Source: Eledone cirrhosa
Lineage: Eukaryota
Direction: 5' to 3'
NCBI GenBank assembly: GCA_964016885.1
Contig: OZ024741.1
Span: 269,824,001-269,888,000, forward strand
DNA length: 64,000 bases
Position 1 is the stretch's first letter. Each line of letters starts with the position of its first letter. Below, piece after piece: positions 27,835-42,676 of the stretch. Under the pieces are notes generated by a model. That model was not told the origin of the DNA. It did no database searches and was given only the letters and a program-made list of their open reading frames with translations. The position numbers and the translations under genes are program-made.

Positions 27835-29046
27835 ACATTTAAAATGTATATATAACTCATCTTATTAAACCTATCGATAAATCATTAGATTCTTTCATAC
27901 GACAGCCTAAAACTCTCTTAAATAGAAAATGTTTTCCTTAAAAATTTTTCATTGAAAACTCTTCTAGATAAACATGCTGAAAGTTTTTTTTTTAAAAAAG
28001 GGATTTTTTGAAAATTTCTTTTTTGAAAATTTCTCTTATGGGTATAAAAAATCAAGATAAACATACTGAAAGTTTCTAAAAACAAGGGGTTTTTGTTAAT
28101 TTCTCTGACGGATATAAAAAATTATAATTCATATTTTATACTGTGTTTTTTCTATATATTCTTATATATATTTTTAAAATTATATTGCTTCAAAATTATA
28201 ATTCCTTTTAAAATTATATAATTATATTTTTTAAAATTGTAATTCCTTTTAAAATTATAATTCTTTGAAAATTATAACTCATATTTTATTTTACGTTATG
28301 TATTTTGTATTTATATATATATGTATATATGTATATATATATATATGTATATGTATGTATATATATATGTATGTCTATGTATATTATACATATGTGTATG
28401 TATATGTATAAATATCAAAATGTATAATTTGAATACATTCTATGAATGAACCCGTATAAAAGGTTTTTTACGGTTTATGCTTTAGATGTATTCTTATGAA
28501 AAACTTTAAACATTAAGACGTTATAGTAAACAAACTTATATTTTAACAGTCACAACTGTATAACAGGTGGATTTATGAAATATATAACATTTATAAAATT
28601 ATAACTTACTATAAAATAATATAAGATTTTTTTTATAATCTTAACTTTTTTTATCATCTTAACCTTTGTGACATTTAATCCTTAGAGCTATCTAAATTAC
28701 AAATAAATCACTTAATTTCCTTCACGCTGTATTGCTATTACGAAGAAAAGATTATTCTTCGGTAAAATCTCTGAATTTCCATGGGTTTAGAAACATTCCT
28801 ATATTTTAAACATAAAATTTATTATTTTTTATTATTTCTTATTATTTTTTATTGATAATTAATTGAAAAATTAATAATTAATTGTTGGTTGATGATTAAT
28901 AATAAATTTATATATGGTTATGTAATAATAACATATAGTTTAATAATACTTTTTAATAATATATATATATATATAAAGAAAAAAAAATGAAATCGAAAAT
29001 GCAACTGGAGTCTTATTTTTTAAAAATATATATATATTTATTTGGT

Positions 29047-29088
29047 TCCTTTACCGGTTTCGCAGTTCTTCTGCTTTTCAAAAGTAGA
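29047..29088 (-). ncRNA. Minimal hammerhead motif with C3U/G8A core
   Basis: Minus strand reads CTT-TTGAAAA-GCAG-AAGAA-CTGC-GAAA-CCGG-TA-AAG. It lies inverted just upstream of a PLE fragment. Confidence 0.65.
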
Positions 29089-29299
29089 GTTGAGATGGAG
29101 GGTCTGTGGTTTTTCACACATCTGGTTGGTCTCTGAATGTTACTTGTTTTATATGGAAAAAGTGGCTCGAAATGCCAGTTTTTTCGAGAAGTAATTTGAT
29201 TGGTTGGTCAATAATTATAATAAATTTCGCGCCAGTTCACGTTACAAAGTTCTTCAAACAAGGGGGGGTCACAGGTTGTTTTTTCATAGAAAAAACAAC

Positions 29300-30600
29300 C
29301 TGTGACTATAGACAAAAACACTAAAACCGTTAACTTCCTTGATGCCACCCTTTACCTAGACTCTAAAATATATACACCATTCCATAAACCTAACGAAGAA
29401 CTAATTTACGTAGATACCAAGTCTAACCACCCTAGATCAATATTAAACTCTATCTCTAAAGGAATATCCAATAGAATCTCTAATCTATCTTATGACGAAA
29501 CCATATTTAGCAAAAACTCACAATACTATAATCAGGCATTAGCTAGATCAGGCCATAATATTGAGATCGAATTCCTACCTATAAAAACACATAGTTACAA
29601 CATTATTTCTCACAATATGTCCATGAAGAAAAATAGTAATAAGAGTAATAACCACACACACACACTAATACGAAGGGTAGCAACAAACGTAACTCACACC
29701 AGAGAAGACACCAAAATACCATAAACGGAAACACCTCAACAGATATAAATAACAAAAATAGAAGAACTAATACATTTTTCAACCCCCTTTTCAATCTAAA
29801 CGTCTCTACCAACCTACCTAAGGCTTTCTTCTCACTCCTGGATAAAAACTTCCCATCTGGCCACAAGTACCATAGTCTTATAAATAAAAACACCATTAAA
29901 ATCTCCTACTCTAGCACGCCTAACATAGCATACCACATAGCTAGTAGCAATAAAAGAAAGATTAATACTTACTCTCAACAAACTAAAACACAGCAGGGGG
30001 TAAACTTTCAAAACAACGTAATATCTGCAAACCCTGATACCAATAGTAATAATAGTAATAACACTAATGAAATCAATAACATTGGGAGCGACAACCCCCA
30101 TAACCATAATGCAATACCTAGCAACCAGACTTCTACACAACATAATAACCGACAGGTTAAGATCCAAAATAATTGTAACTGTAGATCTAATAGAACCTGC
30201 CCTTTAGATAAAAAAAACTGCTTAATCAAGGACATCATCTACTCATGCACGGTCAGAACTAGCAATTCTTCTGAAACCTATATAGGTTCTACTTCGAACT
30301 GCTTCAAAACCAGATACAATTCACATCTCCATTCTTCAAAAAAAATACAGTCTAGCCAACTCCACTTCACTATCTAGCTACATACACTATCTGAAAACTA
30401 GAAATAGATCATATACACTTCAATGGGAAGTGATAGGTAGGGGGCATCGTACAGACCACCTAATAAATTATGTAACCTCTGTCTACTAGAGACCCATACT
30501 ATATTCTTCTCGAACCTTAACCTCCTTAATAAAAAATCGGAAGTGTTTGCGTCGTGCCAGCACCGCTTCCGACACTCCTTCCAAAACATTAAACCCAATA
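29300..30600 (+). mobile_element. Naiad-like PLE, 3' portion, decayed
   Basis: VNFLDATL, PFHKPNEELIYVDTKSNHP, FNPLF, CNCRSNRTCPL, YIGSTSNCFKTRY and CNLCLLE, with frameshifts. Confidence 0.85.
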
Positions 30601-32325
30601 TATAACAATGTCAGACTTGAACCCATCACCGCTTCTAACACCACACCTCAAGGGCATGCCTTACAACACTACACCACACTCTCTGATCCACCCTTCCCTC
30701 GACACAAATCATTCTATCTATCTATAACTTTATACCCTAGAAATATCCCCATAAATACCAACTTTTAATATAATTACTTTCAATTACTTATAATTATATA
30801 GTAATAGAAATATAATACAGTCTATATAAACTTTAAATACTAGATACGGCAGTGAATTATATATGCAATTGTAATTAAATGTATGGAGTAATAACATTAG
30901 ATATATATAGGATTAATTTATTAACATAAGGGATCTGTCTAACTTATATGTAGAGTGGTGCAATGAATTATATATGCATGTATAACTTGTTGGATAGATT
31001 AATGACATTGTAAATGAGGGATGTATTTGTCTACCCAAGAGATGTATTTGTTTTTGTCATGCAAACAGCCATACGTTGCTCCATAACTTACCAGGGGTTA
31101 TGTAGACAAAATTCTAATAGGTTCTCTGGTATGTTTTGAGAGTGGATTGTATTTACAGTGAACTTTGATATAAAGATATAGCACTTTGTATGGAAAATTC
31201 AATTATAGCACTATATAATAAAGAGTAATCAACTTCCTATAGATACCTTTAATGAATTATGATAGAGTAGACTGTATTTAAAAATTGAAAATTAGATATA
31301 AATATATAACCTTTTATATAAGGGACTCAATTGAGGCACCATATAATGTATGTTAGAACAATGAATTTAGTTACAAGAATCAGCTAGTTTCCTCCCCTTA
31401 GGCATTAACTCCCCTTAATTACACACCTACTTCTGGGTAATAAACCACTGTAAATTCTCGCAGCAGAAAGAACCTATTCTATAAATATGGATTAAATAAC
31501 ACTGAGCCTCAATACGTTACAATAATTTAATGCATCAAACATTCAATACGGAATCATCGTAACTTATGTGATGGATGTAAAAACTATAACTTACTTTTTC
31601 TGAATGTGAAAATGGTGGTGGATGCAAAAACTATAACTTTCTTTTTCTTTTTCTTTTTCTTTTTCTTTTTCTTTTTCTTTTTCTTTTTCTTTTTCTTTTT
31701 CTTTTTCTTTTTCTGCACACATACTTTTTTGATCTATACAAAAAATACCCTACCACTACAACCACCATAATACTCTTGCTTACCCGCTTAAAGTGCTTGC
31801 ATTACATGTAACACCTTGCCACACAATAATCGTATATACATGAGACACACTTGCATGCTCTATGTGTGACTAACGCATACACTATCTACTAGATCTGACT
31901 ATCAAACTCTCCTCTTGCATTATCTGTGTTATCTGCCGAATGTATTTTAATTTTAATTTTAATTTTGATTTTGATTTTGAATTTGAATTGCTGTACAAAA
32001 ATAGTATAGTATAATATATGTCACTCCACTGTACATCAATATATATATATGTATCTGTATGTCTCCTGCGTTGGATAGGAAGTCAATTATATGTACAAAC
32101 ATTGAAAAATGCTCCGAAGACTCCAAGCCTAGGTTTGGATGAAACAATTGTAAGTGAATAAATGCTTTGAACATAGCTTTGATTCTTGTGAATTCTATAT
32201 AACTGCTCTGTAGAACAACTGATGTTATTACATTGAGCTAGTTATGTTACTGGTAATAAGGTAGTAATAAATTACTGACCTTCCCTGTTTATAGTTTAAA
32301 ATATACATAACTATAAATAGTATCC

Positions 32326-32417
<92 letters not shown>

Positions 32418-32420
32418 ATA

Positions 32421-32459
<39 letters not shown>

Positions 32460-32461
32460 AA

Positions 32462-32592
<131 letters not shown>

Positions 32593-32885
32593 TATACATA
32601 CTTATATATATGAGGGGACATGCATCCATCACGTTTGTGTATGTCTCTATGTCTCATGACATTACGGTTCAAAAGAAACGTGATCGCTAAAATAACGACG
32701 GGATTTCAGAAATTACTTCCTGGGGTTTATATAACCAACTAAATCAAGTTTAATGACCAAATCTCGTAAAAGAATAAAAGAATAAAAGAATGTGTGCGTG
32801 TGTATGTGTGTAAGTGTGTGTGCGCGTGTGTGTGTGCGTGTGTGTGTGTGCGTGTGTGTGTGCGTGTGTGTGTGTGTGCGTGTGT

Positions 32886-32921
<36 letters not shown>

Positions 32922-33288
32922 AGATCAAAAGATGGTTAAAGGAGTTCCATGTATTTTATTATGCGCATTTCAAAAACAAACATCATCATGCAATAATATT
33001 TGTGTTTTCATCAGATAAAACAGGAGAACATGATATGAAGGCTAAAAAACACCTGTGGACAGTGCAGTTTTAAATCAACATATGAAAAGTGGTTTTAGAT
33101 TGATGTGTGATATTGGGAAAAATATTTTATTTAGAGAGGGGGGGTGGAAAGGATGAAAAGGGAAGGAGGTGAGAGGGAGAGATGGGTGATAGATGGGTGA
33201 TATCGGATAAGAAGCACTCTACAAACTGTAGAGTGCTTCTTATCCGATATCTGCATTGCTTTATTGTACTACAATAAAACTCACCTCC

Positions 33289-33324
<36 letters not shown>

Positions 33325-33436
33325 CATAATATATGTATACATATATGTGTATGTATAGGGCGTTCCCCAGCATGGCCTCAGCCGGATGGCTGAAACAGGT
33401 AAAAGAGTAAAATAGTATATGTGACTTTGTATGTGT

Positions 33437-33541
<105 letters not shown>

Positions 33542-33959
33542 TATATATATACAGTATATATACATATATTTACACCTACATAATATATATATATAAGGAA
33601 CTGTGTCTATGCATATATATATATTTACATATATATATGTATGTGTGCATGTGTGTGTGTGTGCGTATTTGTGTGCGCGTGTGTGTTTGTTTGCTTGTAT
33701 ATATGTGTGTGTAAATATATATACATACATAAAGACTAACATATACATACATACAAACATGCATTTTTACATCAATAAATAGCTGCATTTGGTATCGGTT
33801 TCAACTAATGTGTCTTTCCGGTTATTCCGATCAACAGAATTACATCTTTATTGTATTCAAAGAGCCCCGGTATTCCATAAACACTTGTATCTTTAACAAC
33901 TCAGCGTGACGTATTCTTATACAAAACTGAGTTTCCTTTTATAGATACGTATAAACACA

Positions 33960-34645
33960 CATATATACAGTAAGTCTCCACCTTACGAACATATATACAG
34001 TAAGTCTCCACCTTACGAACATATATACAGTAAGTCTCCACCTTACGAACATATATATACAGTAAGTCTCCACCTTGCGAACATATATACAGTACGTCCC
34101 GACCTTACGAACATATGTACAGTAAGTCCCCACCTTACGAACATATGTACAATAAGTCCCCAACCTTACGAACATATGTACAATAAGTCCCCACCTTACG
34201 AACATATGTACAGTAAGTCCCCACCTTACAAACATATATACAGTAAGTCCCCACCTTACGAACATATATACAGTAAGTCCCCACCTTACGAACATATATA
34301 CAGTAAGTCCCCACCTTACGAACATATATACAGTAAGTCCCCACCTTACAAACATATATACAGTAAGTCCTCACCTTACAAACATATGTACAGTAAGTCC
34401 CCACCTTACGAACATATGTACAGTAAGTCCCCACCTTACGAACATATATACAGTAAGTCCCCACCTTACGAACATATATACAGTAAGTCCCCACCTTACG
34501 AACATATATACAGTAAGTCCCCACCTTACGAACATATGTACAATAAATCCCCACCTTACGAACATATGTACAATAAGTCCCCACCTTACGAACATATGTA
34601 CAGTAAGTCCGCACCTTACAAACATATGTACAGTAAATTCCCACC
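33960..34645. repeat. 30-bp minisatellite (ATATATACAGTAAGTCCCCACCTTACGAAC), about 22 units
   Basis: Head-to-tail units without spacers. Confidence 0.95.
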
Positions 34646-35023
34646 TTATGAACATCCTACTTACGAACTTACGACGCAGATATGAACAGTCACACAAAGA
34701 AAAATAAATTTTTTCTTTGTTTGAAATTCGCATTTTTGTTGGCTCTTTTGGGCCCTGAGTTCCTTCTTTTGCAGCATAAAACCAAGCTAAGATAGTTCCT
34801 ACGGTATGGGAGAACATTCTGTTTTGACAGAATTGAAAAAGTACTGTCATTAGCTTTACATCATTTAAATTTATTATTACATGTTATATATACCTCTATA
34901 TACTGTATATATATACTTCTATATACTGTATATATATATACCTCTATATACTGTATATATACCTCTATATTACATGTTATATATACCTCTATATACTGTA
35001 TATATACCTCTATATACTGTGTC

Positions 35024-35486
35024 GGGTCACTCTTCTATGCTACTGATAACATGTAACCCAGTACAACCTGTCGCATGGCCGGGTCGTCGGCGACTAAACC
35101 GGCAACCCTACCAAGTTTACTTGGTGAGGAGGGTGATTTTGGACACCCTGCAGGACAAAAAACAAAACCTGACAAAGGGCGGAAGAACTCATAAGAGTCA
35201 ACGGCCATCCGAAAGTGTGTAAATATGTATATAAACATGTACCGCCCGGTTAAACCACTGGGAGCGAAGGACCCCTAGCCTTTGTCAGGGAATTCTTCTA
35301 GGAGAAGGCAACTCAGGAAACTGGGATAACTCCGATATAAAACCTGCGGCTCAGTAGTTACCGATGATGTTGATCTTTTCTTCTTTTCGGGTTATAGCTA
35401 CTGTCGCTCAGAGAGTGGGATTGGCTCAGTGCACAGTCTTTCCTCACTTTAAAATATATCTTCACGCACAGGCATTGCACGATAGA
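35024..35486 (+). mobile_element. RTE-5'UTR-like non-coding retroposon (family R)
   Basis: Homologous to the reverse complement of 38733-39150 and 42677-43085. Contains the CTAGGAGAAGG.AACTC motif seen in RTE 5' regions (family assignment from recall). Confidence 0.65.
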
Positions 35487-36024
35487 ATTAATTAATAATT
35501 ATTAATAATGGTATATCGTGCAATGTCCATACTCAATAACGAGGGGGCAGCCATCATATACTGTATATATAACTCTATATTACATGTTATATATATATAT
35601 ATACCTCTATATACTGTATATATACCTTTATATACTGTATATATATACATACCTCTATATTACATGTTATATATATACCTCTATATTACATGTTATATAT
35701 ATATATATACCTCATTATACTGTATATATACCTCTATATACTGCATATATATACCTCTATATTACATGTTATATATACCTCTATATTACATGTTATATAT
35801 ACCTCTATATTACATGTTATATATACCTCTATATTACATGTTATATATACATCTATATTACATGTTATATATACCTCTATATACTGTATATATATATACC
35901 TCCCTATACTGTATATATATATATAACTCTATATACTGTATATATATACCTCTATATACTGTACATATATACCTCTATATTACATGTTATATATACCTCT
36001 ATACCGTATATATACCTCTATATA

Positions 36025-36092
<68 letters not shown>

Positions 36093-36324
36093 TGTATATC
36101 TGTATATATATCCCTCTATATACTGCATATATATACCTCTATATACTGTATATATATACCTCTATATACTGTGTATATACCTCTACATACTGTATATATA
36201 TACCTCTATATACTGTATATATATACCTTTATATTACATGTTATATATACTTCTATATACATCTATATACTGTATATATATATATATATATACCTCTATA
36301 TTACATGTTATATATACCTATATG

Positions 36325-36800
36325 CAGTGGCGGACTGGCCAGGTTGACAGGTTTCTCAATGGCCAGAGGGCTCCAGGGGCCTCGCGGTAGCATTGCAAGA
36401 GCCTACTGTAGTATTTTAGGGGCCAATGCTTTGCTTTCAAAAACTACCTGAAACCTAAGAGAAAGAATAACATTTAAAAAAACAAAAAAAAACAATTAAG
36501 CAAAGCATTTGGTCCACCAATTCCTCAGGGAATTACTAGAAACCGAAATATTCGATAGTGCAGATAGCTGGAATCAGTGGTTGTACATTCTACTAAATCT
36601 AAAGCTTAGTGTATGCATTCATGCATGCAAACATACATATATAGACACACAAGCATATATATATATATACGTACATACGAACTACTGACCAAATAATATT
36701 TGGTATCAATGGGTTAAAGACATATGTCAAATCAATTAGTGGTGAAGGTGGTGTATATATATATATATATGTATATATAGATAGATAGATACACACACTC

Positions 36801-36891
<91 letters not shown>

Positions 36892-37730
36892 ATGCCAATC
36901 ATTGTAAGTTTGAATCTGACTTGCAAAAACATATATATATGAATAAAGTAAGCCCAAATCATAGTAGATTCAAATATCACAGAGAGAAAGAGAGAGGGGG
37001 GGGGGGGCGAGAAATGAGGTGCAACAGAAATGAAACACGGTGAAACAAAACGAGGGTGTAGTTTATGGAACACCCAAATGATTTAGAAGTCGACCTTAAG
37101 TAGGAGCATAAACATTTAGAAAGACATGAACGACACCACAACACTTTGTTTTGAAAATTGTGAAAGTAGGTTTATATGTATGAGTTTTCATAAGATTTTA
37201 GTAGTTGTTTATGTGGCCAAGCGGTAGGTGCTAGAGGCGATGGAGATTGTGACCTTGGGTTCAATCCTGTTCAACAGGTACATGTAAACTTTTTCAGTTT
37301 TATTTTACAACCAATAGAAAAAACTGAAAAGGCTTACCGGGAACCCTACTCCCGACCAGCATCGAACTTCAGACCAGGTTCTCTACCGTTTATGATTCCC
37401 CCAACTAGGCCACTGAGACAGCACAAAAGTGTATTGAAAATAGATAATTATGAACCTACTTTCAAAATCAAAATTAAAAAGATGTGGTGTCGTTCATGGC
37501 TTTCCTAGAGCTATTGGTAATATTTAGGGTCGACTTCTGATCATTATTGAAAGTCTCTGGATTTCGCAAAATACATAATATATTTTATTGGAGAAGGTAA
37601 GATATTTTTCCGCAAAAATTTGATTGCACTGTTTTGTTTCCTCTGATGTATTTTTCGAAAATGTTATTTATTTATTATAAAAATTAAATGACTCCTGGCA
37701 ACCAATATTTTGAGACCCAGTCCGCCTCTG
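36325..37730. mobile_element. Non-autonomous hAT-like element
   Basis: TIRs CAGTGGCGGACTGG and CCAGTCCGCCTCTG (13/14 match). Inserted in the satellite; TSD not clean. Confidence 0.75.
37077..37545. mobile_element. Foldback element with two convergent tRNA-like units
   Basis: Inverted arms AGAAGTCGACC/GGTCGACTTCT, CATGAACGACACCACA/TGTGGTGTCGTTCATG and GAAAGTAGGTT/AACCTACTTTC, with A/B-box-like motifs on each strand. Confidence 0.7.
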
Positions 37731-37886
37731 CCTCTATATACTGTATATATATATACCTCTATATTACATGTTATATATACCTCTATATACTTTGTATATA
37801 TACCTCTATATACTTTGTATATATACCTCTATATTACATGGAAACCTACAGTATCAATGAAACATATATGGGCTTACTGGTACGTA

Positions 37887-37952
37887 CAGTTAGACGATCA
37901 ACTTACGAACAAATCAACTTACGAACTCGATCGTAAGTTGGATATTTACTGT
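37887..37952. mobile_element. Tiny pogo/Tigger-like MITE remnant
   Basis: TA|CAGT..AACTTACGA...TCGTAAGTT..ACTG|TA. Confidence 0.55.
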
Positions 37953-38094
37953 ACATATTTTACATACACACATCCTTGCGTATATACAACCACATATCAT
38001 TTATTCATACACACACATAAATACATACTTTTATATAGGCATTCTTATATCTATATTTATATGCCATACATACATACTCCATGCATATATATAT

Positions 38095-38163
<69 letters not shown>

Positions 38164-38426
38164 TATATTCATAGAAATATACACATGCATGCACAGATAC
38201 GTATATACATGTATGCATGCATACATACATAGATACATATATACATATATAAATACATACATATATACATTTATATACATTTTATATACATTTTATATAC
38301 ATTTACAGGCATGGATACATCCTAAATGCATACATAAGTACATACATACATACATACACGCATGCATACATATATGCATACATACATAAATCTATACATA
38401 CATACATACATACATACATACATACA

Positions 38427-38459
<33 letters not shown>

Positions 38460-38542
38460 GTATTCATACATACATACATACATACATACATACATACATA
38501 CATACATACATACATACATACATACATACATACATACATACA

Positions 38543-39150
38543 TGGTGGCTGCCAACTCGTTTTCGAGTACGGCCACTACTTTATATCCATGTAGGAGAAC
38601 TCCTACCGATGCGCTGAACAAGTGTGACTTTTTAGTCCAGCCAGCGACATGAAAACTCTGGTACAAACACTACACTTGTGACAATTATTGACACATAGTG
38701 CTGGGCCCATGGTACCATGTGACGACAAGTGCAGAGAGATCTCCAGATATAAAGCAATGCCTGTGCCGTGAAGCTTTTATAGTGAGCAAAGGCACTGCAC
38801 AAAGCCAGTCCCACTCTCTTAACCAAGATGATATTTACCAAAAAGAAGAACAAGTCAACATCATTGGATACCATCAGGGTTGCAGGTGTTATATCAGAGT
38901 TTTCCTTCTCTTAGAATTCTGCCTTGACAAAGGCTAAGGGGTCATCTCTCCCGGTGATTTTGGATGGCCATTGACTCGTAAGAGCTCCTTTGCCCTTTGA
39001 CAGGTTTTGTTTTTAGTCCTGCAGGATGTCCAAAGTCACCCTCCTCACCAAGAAACCTTGGTGGGGTTGCCAGTTTAGTCGCCAACGACCCGACCATGAG
39101 ACAGGTTGTACTGGTATATATGTTACCAGTAGCACCAACTGGTGACCTGA
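38543..39150 (-). mobile_element. Family R retroposon embedded in (TACA)n
   Basis: Near-identical to 42677-43085 over about 410 bp; both flanks are (TACA)n. Confidence 0.75.
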
Positions 39151-39242
39151 CATACATACATACATACATACATACATACATACATACATACATACATACA
39201 TACATACATACATACATACATACATACATACATACATACATA

Positions 39243-41515
39243 CGAAATAGCTGGCAATTTTCTGAAGGCTATACGATCTAAAGGTGTAGAAACGACATTT
39301 GAAACGCTTAATATTTTGTTATATGTTTCAGCTGTCACATTACTATCATATAACACACATCTAAAACCACGCAATCAAGATACAAACAGAAAGCCTGAAC
39401 CAGCGTGGATGCGAAATTTAAAAAGCAAAATTTTGTCCCTGAGACGAAGTATCTCACACATCGCAGTCGTTATGAAATGCAACATAGAGAGCAACTTCAC
39501 ACGACACCAGGAAGACCTAAAAAAAAAGTTAAAGAGACGATTTGGAGATACAAAATTTAAAACTTTGAACTCCAAATTACACCAGTTGAAACAATAACTC
39601 ACAGCTACAACAGAAAGACTAAAATATAAGTCAACAGCACATAAACGACAAGTGCTAAATAGATTGTTTGCCAGAGATTCTAAATCAGTTTATCGCGGCT
39701 TTGGTGGCAAAAGCTCAATCCCTGTAAATGACACCCCTTCAAAAGAACAGGTTGAGAGCTACTGTAGATCTGTATGGGAAACGGATGACGGATTCAACAG
39801 ACAAACTAATTGGCTAAAAGAACTGGAACAGGACTACTGCCAACATGTCCAGACAAAACAATATGACATAGATGGGTCAATACTGGAAACAGCTCTACAG
39901 AAAATGTCGAATAGGAAATCGCCAGGCCCAGACCTCATTACAGGATACTGGTTGAAGAATTTCACTTTCTATCGGCAAGATCTCATACGGCTGTTTACAG
40001 AAACCATTAAAGGCACACAAGAACTGCCCAGATGGTTATCAACTGCCACTACTCTCCTCATTCCCAAAAATAGCCAAACCACCCTTGCTAAAAATTACCG
40101 CCCAATAGCCTGCCAAAACATCATGTATAAATTATATACTGGGTGCCTTAACCTGTTCTTACAGGATCACTGTGCTACCAACAACATCATAAGACCTGAA
40201 CAAGCTGGTGGAAAGAGGGAGATGTGGGGTTGCATAGATCACCTACTAACTAACAAAATGATTCAGGGAAAAACAACAAATAATCGCAGAAACATGACTG
40301 TGGTGTGGCTGGACTATCAAAAAGCATTTGATAGTGTACCACATGGGTGGATTATTAAGGCTCTACAGTTAGCCAAAGTCCCACAACCATTGGTAGCTGC
40401 TGTTGAACGCCTGACCAAGAACTGGTACACCAATTTGATCCTTAGAGGTGAGAAGGAGCAAGTTAAGACTGATAAGATACATTACCAGAAGGGCATCTTT
40501 CAGGGTGATAGCTTGTCAGTGCTACTCTTCGTTCTCTCACTGAATCCACTATCTTACCTACTCAAGAAACAAGGTGGACAAAGAAGTGGGTCCAGAAGTA
40601 TCTCTTTTCTTTGTTGATGACCTGAAGTTGTATGGGCCAAATATCAATGACATCAAGAAACAATTGGACCTCATTACACAATTTTAAACTGACATCAAAA
40701 TGAAATTTGGTGAGTCAAAGTGTGCATATTTGGCAGTAAAACGTGGAATAGCTGTGCCCTCCTCTAGAAATCTAGAGATGAACGGCCTGACAATACAACA
40801 ACTACAGATATCTTGGACAGGATGAGAATGTCAGATATGATGGACCCATAAATAAGGAGTGAACCAGAACTGAATACCTCAGAAGAGTAACGAAAATATG
40901 GTCATCAGAACTGTCAGCGTACAACAAATATATTGCCCACAATACTTATGCTGTGCCAATTCTAACGCCAACATTTGGCCTGCTGAACTGGTCATTGCAA
41001 GAACTAAGTGAGATGGATGTTAGAACTCGCAAACTTCTCAGTGTTACTGGGAACTTTAATATCAATGGTGATGTGGATAGGCTATACTTCTCACGCAAGG
41101 AAGGTGGCCGGGGTCTAAAATCAATATTAACAACATATGAGACCCGGATAGTAACACTGAAGCAACACCTTCAACAGAGGAAAAAGGTTGGCAACCATCT
41201 TGCCCAGGTTTATGAGCATGAAAAAAAAATCATTAGAATAGCGACTGATCTGGAGGAGAGATATGGAATAAAGCCTGATATAAATCTCTCACCCAGAGAA
41301 ATGGGAAGATCCTATTCAATGTTCAAACAAGATAAAAAAAATTGACCAATTTACAGAAAAAGTTGTGCATGGATACTTGAGACTTAAAACACAGACCATA
41401 GAGAGGATAAACCACTCAAAAAGCCTGGCATGGAGTTCCGACAAGTTTATGATATCACACCTTGAGGGATATCTCTATGCAATACAGGAACAAGAACTCC
41501 CTACCAAATATCTGC
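39243..41515 (+). mobile_element. R4/Dong-like LINE reverse transcriptase, decayed
   Basis: KSPGPD, NYRPIAC, WLDYQKAFDSVPH, GIFQGDSLS, a frameshifted FVDDLKLY and DVDRLYFSRKEGGRGL, with stops and frameshifts. Confidence 0.9.
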
Positions 41516-41811
41516 TGTGTTGACATTTGAAAATTTTAAAGAAGTGAATCTTTAAATAAATAATAAAATATATTTAATGAACAGTCACGTATTTAGTAGA
41601 TAAATTATGTAATATTCATTCATTATTTATTCAAAGTAATCCATCTTATTTTACTAATGGGATAAAAAATTATAAACCGTACGCAGTCCCGCGCTTCTTA
41701 CTTTATTATAGTTTAGATACACGATGGTGGCTGTCTACTTGTATCCAAGTTTGACCATCACTGACTATTAAAATATCTGCTGACAACAGTAGTTCTTTCA
41801 TATTATTCGCA

Positions 41812-42145
41812 ACAATCCTGGCCTTCTGAATTGGTCACCCTAAGAACTTGCCATGTTGATTGTAAGAACTTGGAAACTGTTCACTGTGTTACTGGAAATT
41901 TCAGCAACAATGGCGATGTTGGAAGATTATATTCCGCACGCAAAGATGGCGACTGTAGCCTTATATCTGTATTAACATCTTACGAGGCCTCTGTTGTAAT
42001 ACTGAGGCGGCATTTCCAGCAGAGAAAAAAAAGCCAGCAACAATCAAGTTAAATTTTGTGAACACAAATTTTAAAAGATAATCAAGTTAGCTAATAAATT
42101 TGAAAGTTAACAAATAAAAGCTGAAACGGATTCCTCCCCAAGGAG
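41812..42145 (+). mobile_element. Older R4-like fragment homologous to about 40970-41300
   Basis: VTGNFSNNGDVGRLYSARKDG. Confidence 0.7.
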
Positions 42146-42676
42146 AATTCGGGTTAACACTCTCTAAAATTTCAATGAAAGAACTTTGTTTATGGTTTGA
42201 AAGTTAGTTTTTTTTTATGTTGGCGAGAAATGTTTAAGATATAACCCAAAGAACATACCAGGGTGAAAGGAGTGATGATACAGCTGTGAAAACTTCCATG
42301 CATTAATTTCAACTCTTCTTATTAATAATTAGATTGTTTCTTTCCATGGACTATGTTGAAAAATAAACCTCATTTTGTTGTCATTCCATGAGAGTATCTT
42401 GGTCAGCCTATGTATTTTTCAGTCGACCCTCGTACATACATAAACGTACATACATACATACACACAAATAGCCACAGTATCTGGCACATTCAAAATTGGC
42501 AAAACATTTTTGCGACTCAAGCGATGACAATTTCTTTTCTTTTACAACCTTACCACGGGGAAGGTAGCCGGTCAAAAATGTACTTGAAATTAAAAGAAAG
42601 AGAACACATACATACATACATACATACATACATACATACATACATACATACATACATACATACATACATACATACA

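Larger units (their letters stand above)
34870..37840. repeat. About 19-23-bp AT-rich satellite (TATATACCTCTATATACTG / ...ATTACATGT) interrupted by insertions
   Basis: Blocks at about 34875-35020, 35555-36324 and 37731-37840. Confidence 0.85.

Noticed and set aside
33960-34645. CRISPR-like 30-bp repeat array
   Set aside because: Units are head-to-tail with no unique spacers, there are no cas genes, and the context is eukaryotic.
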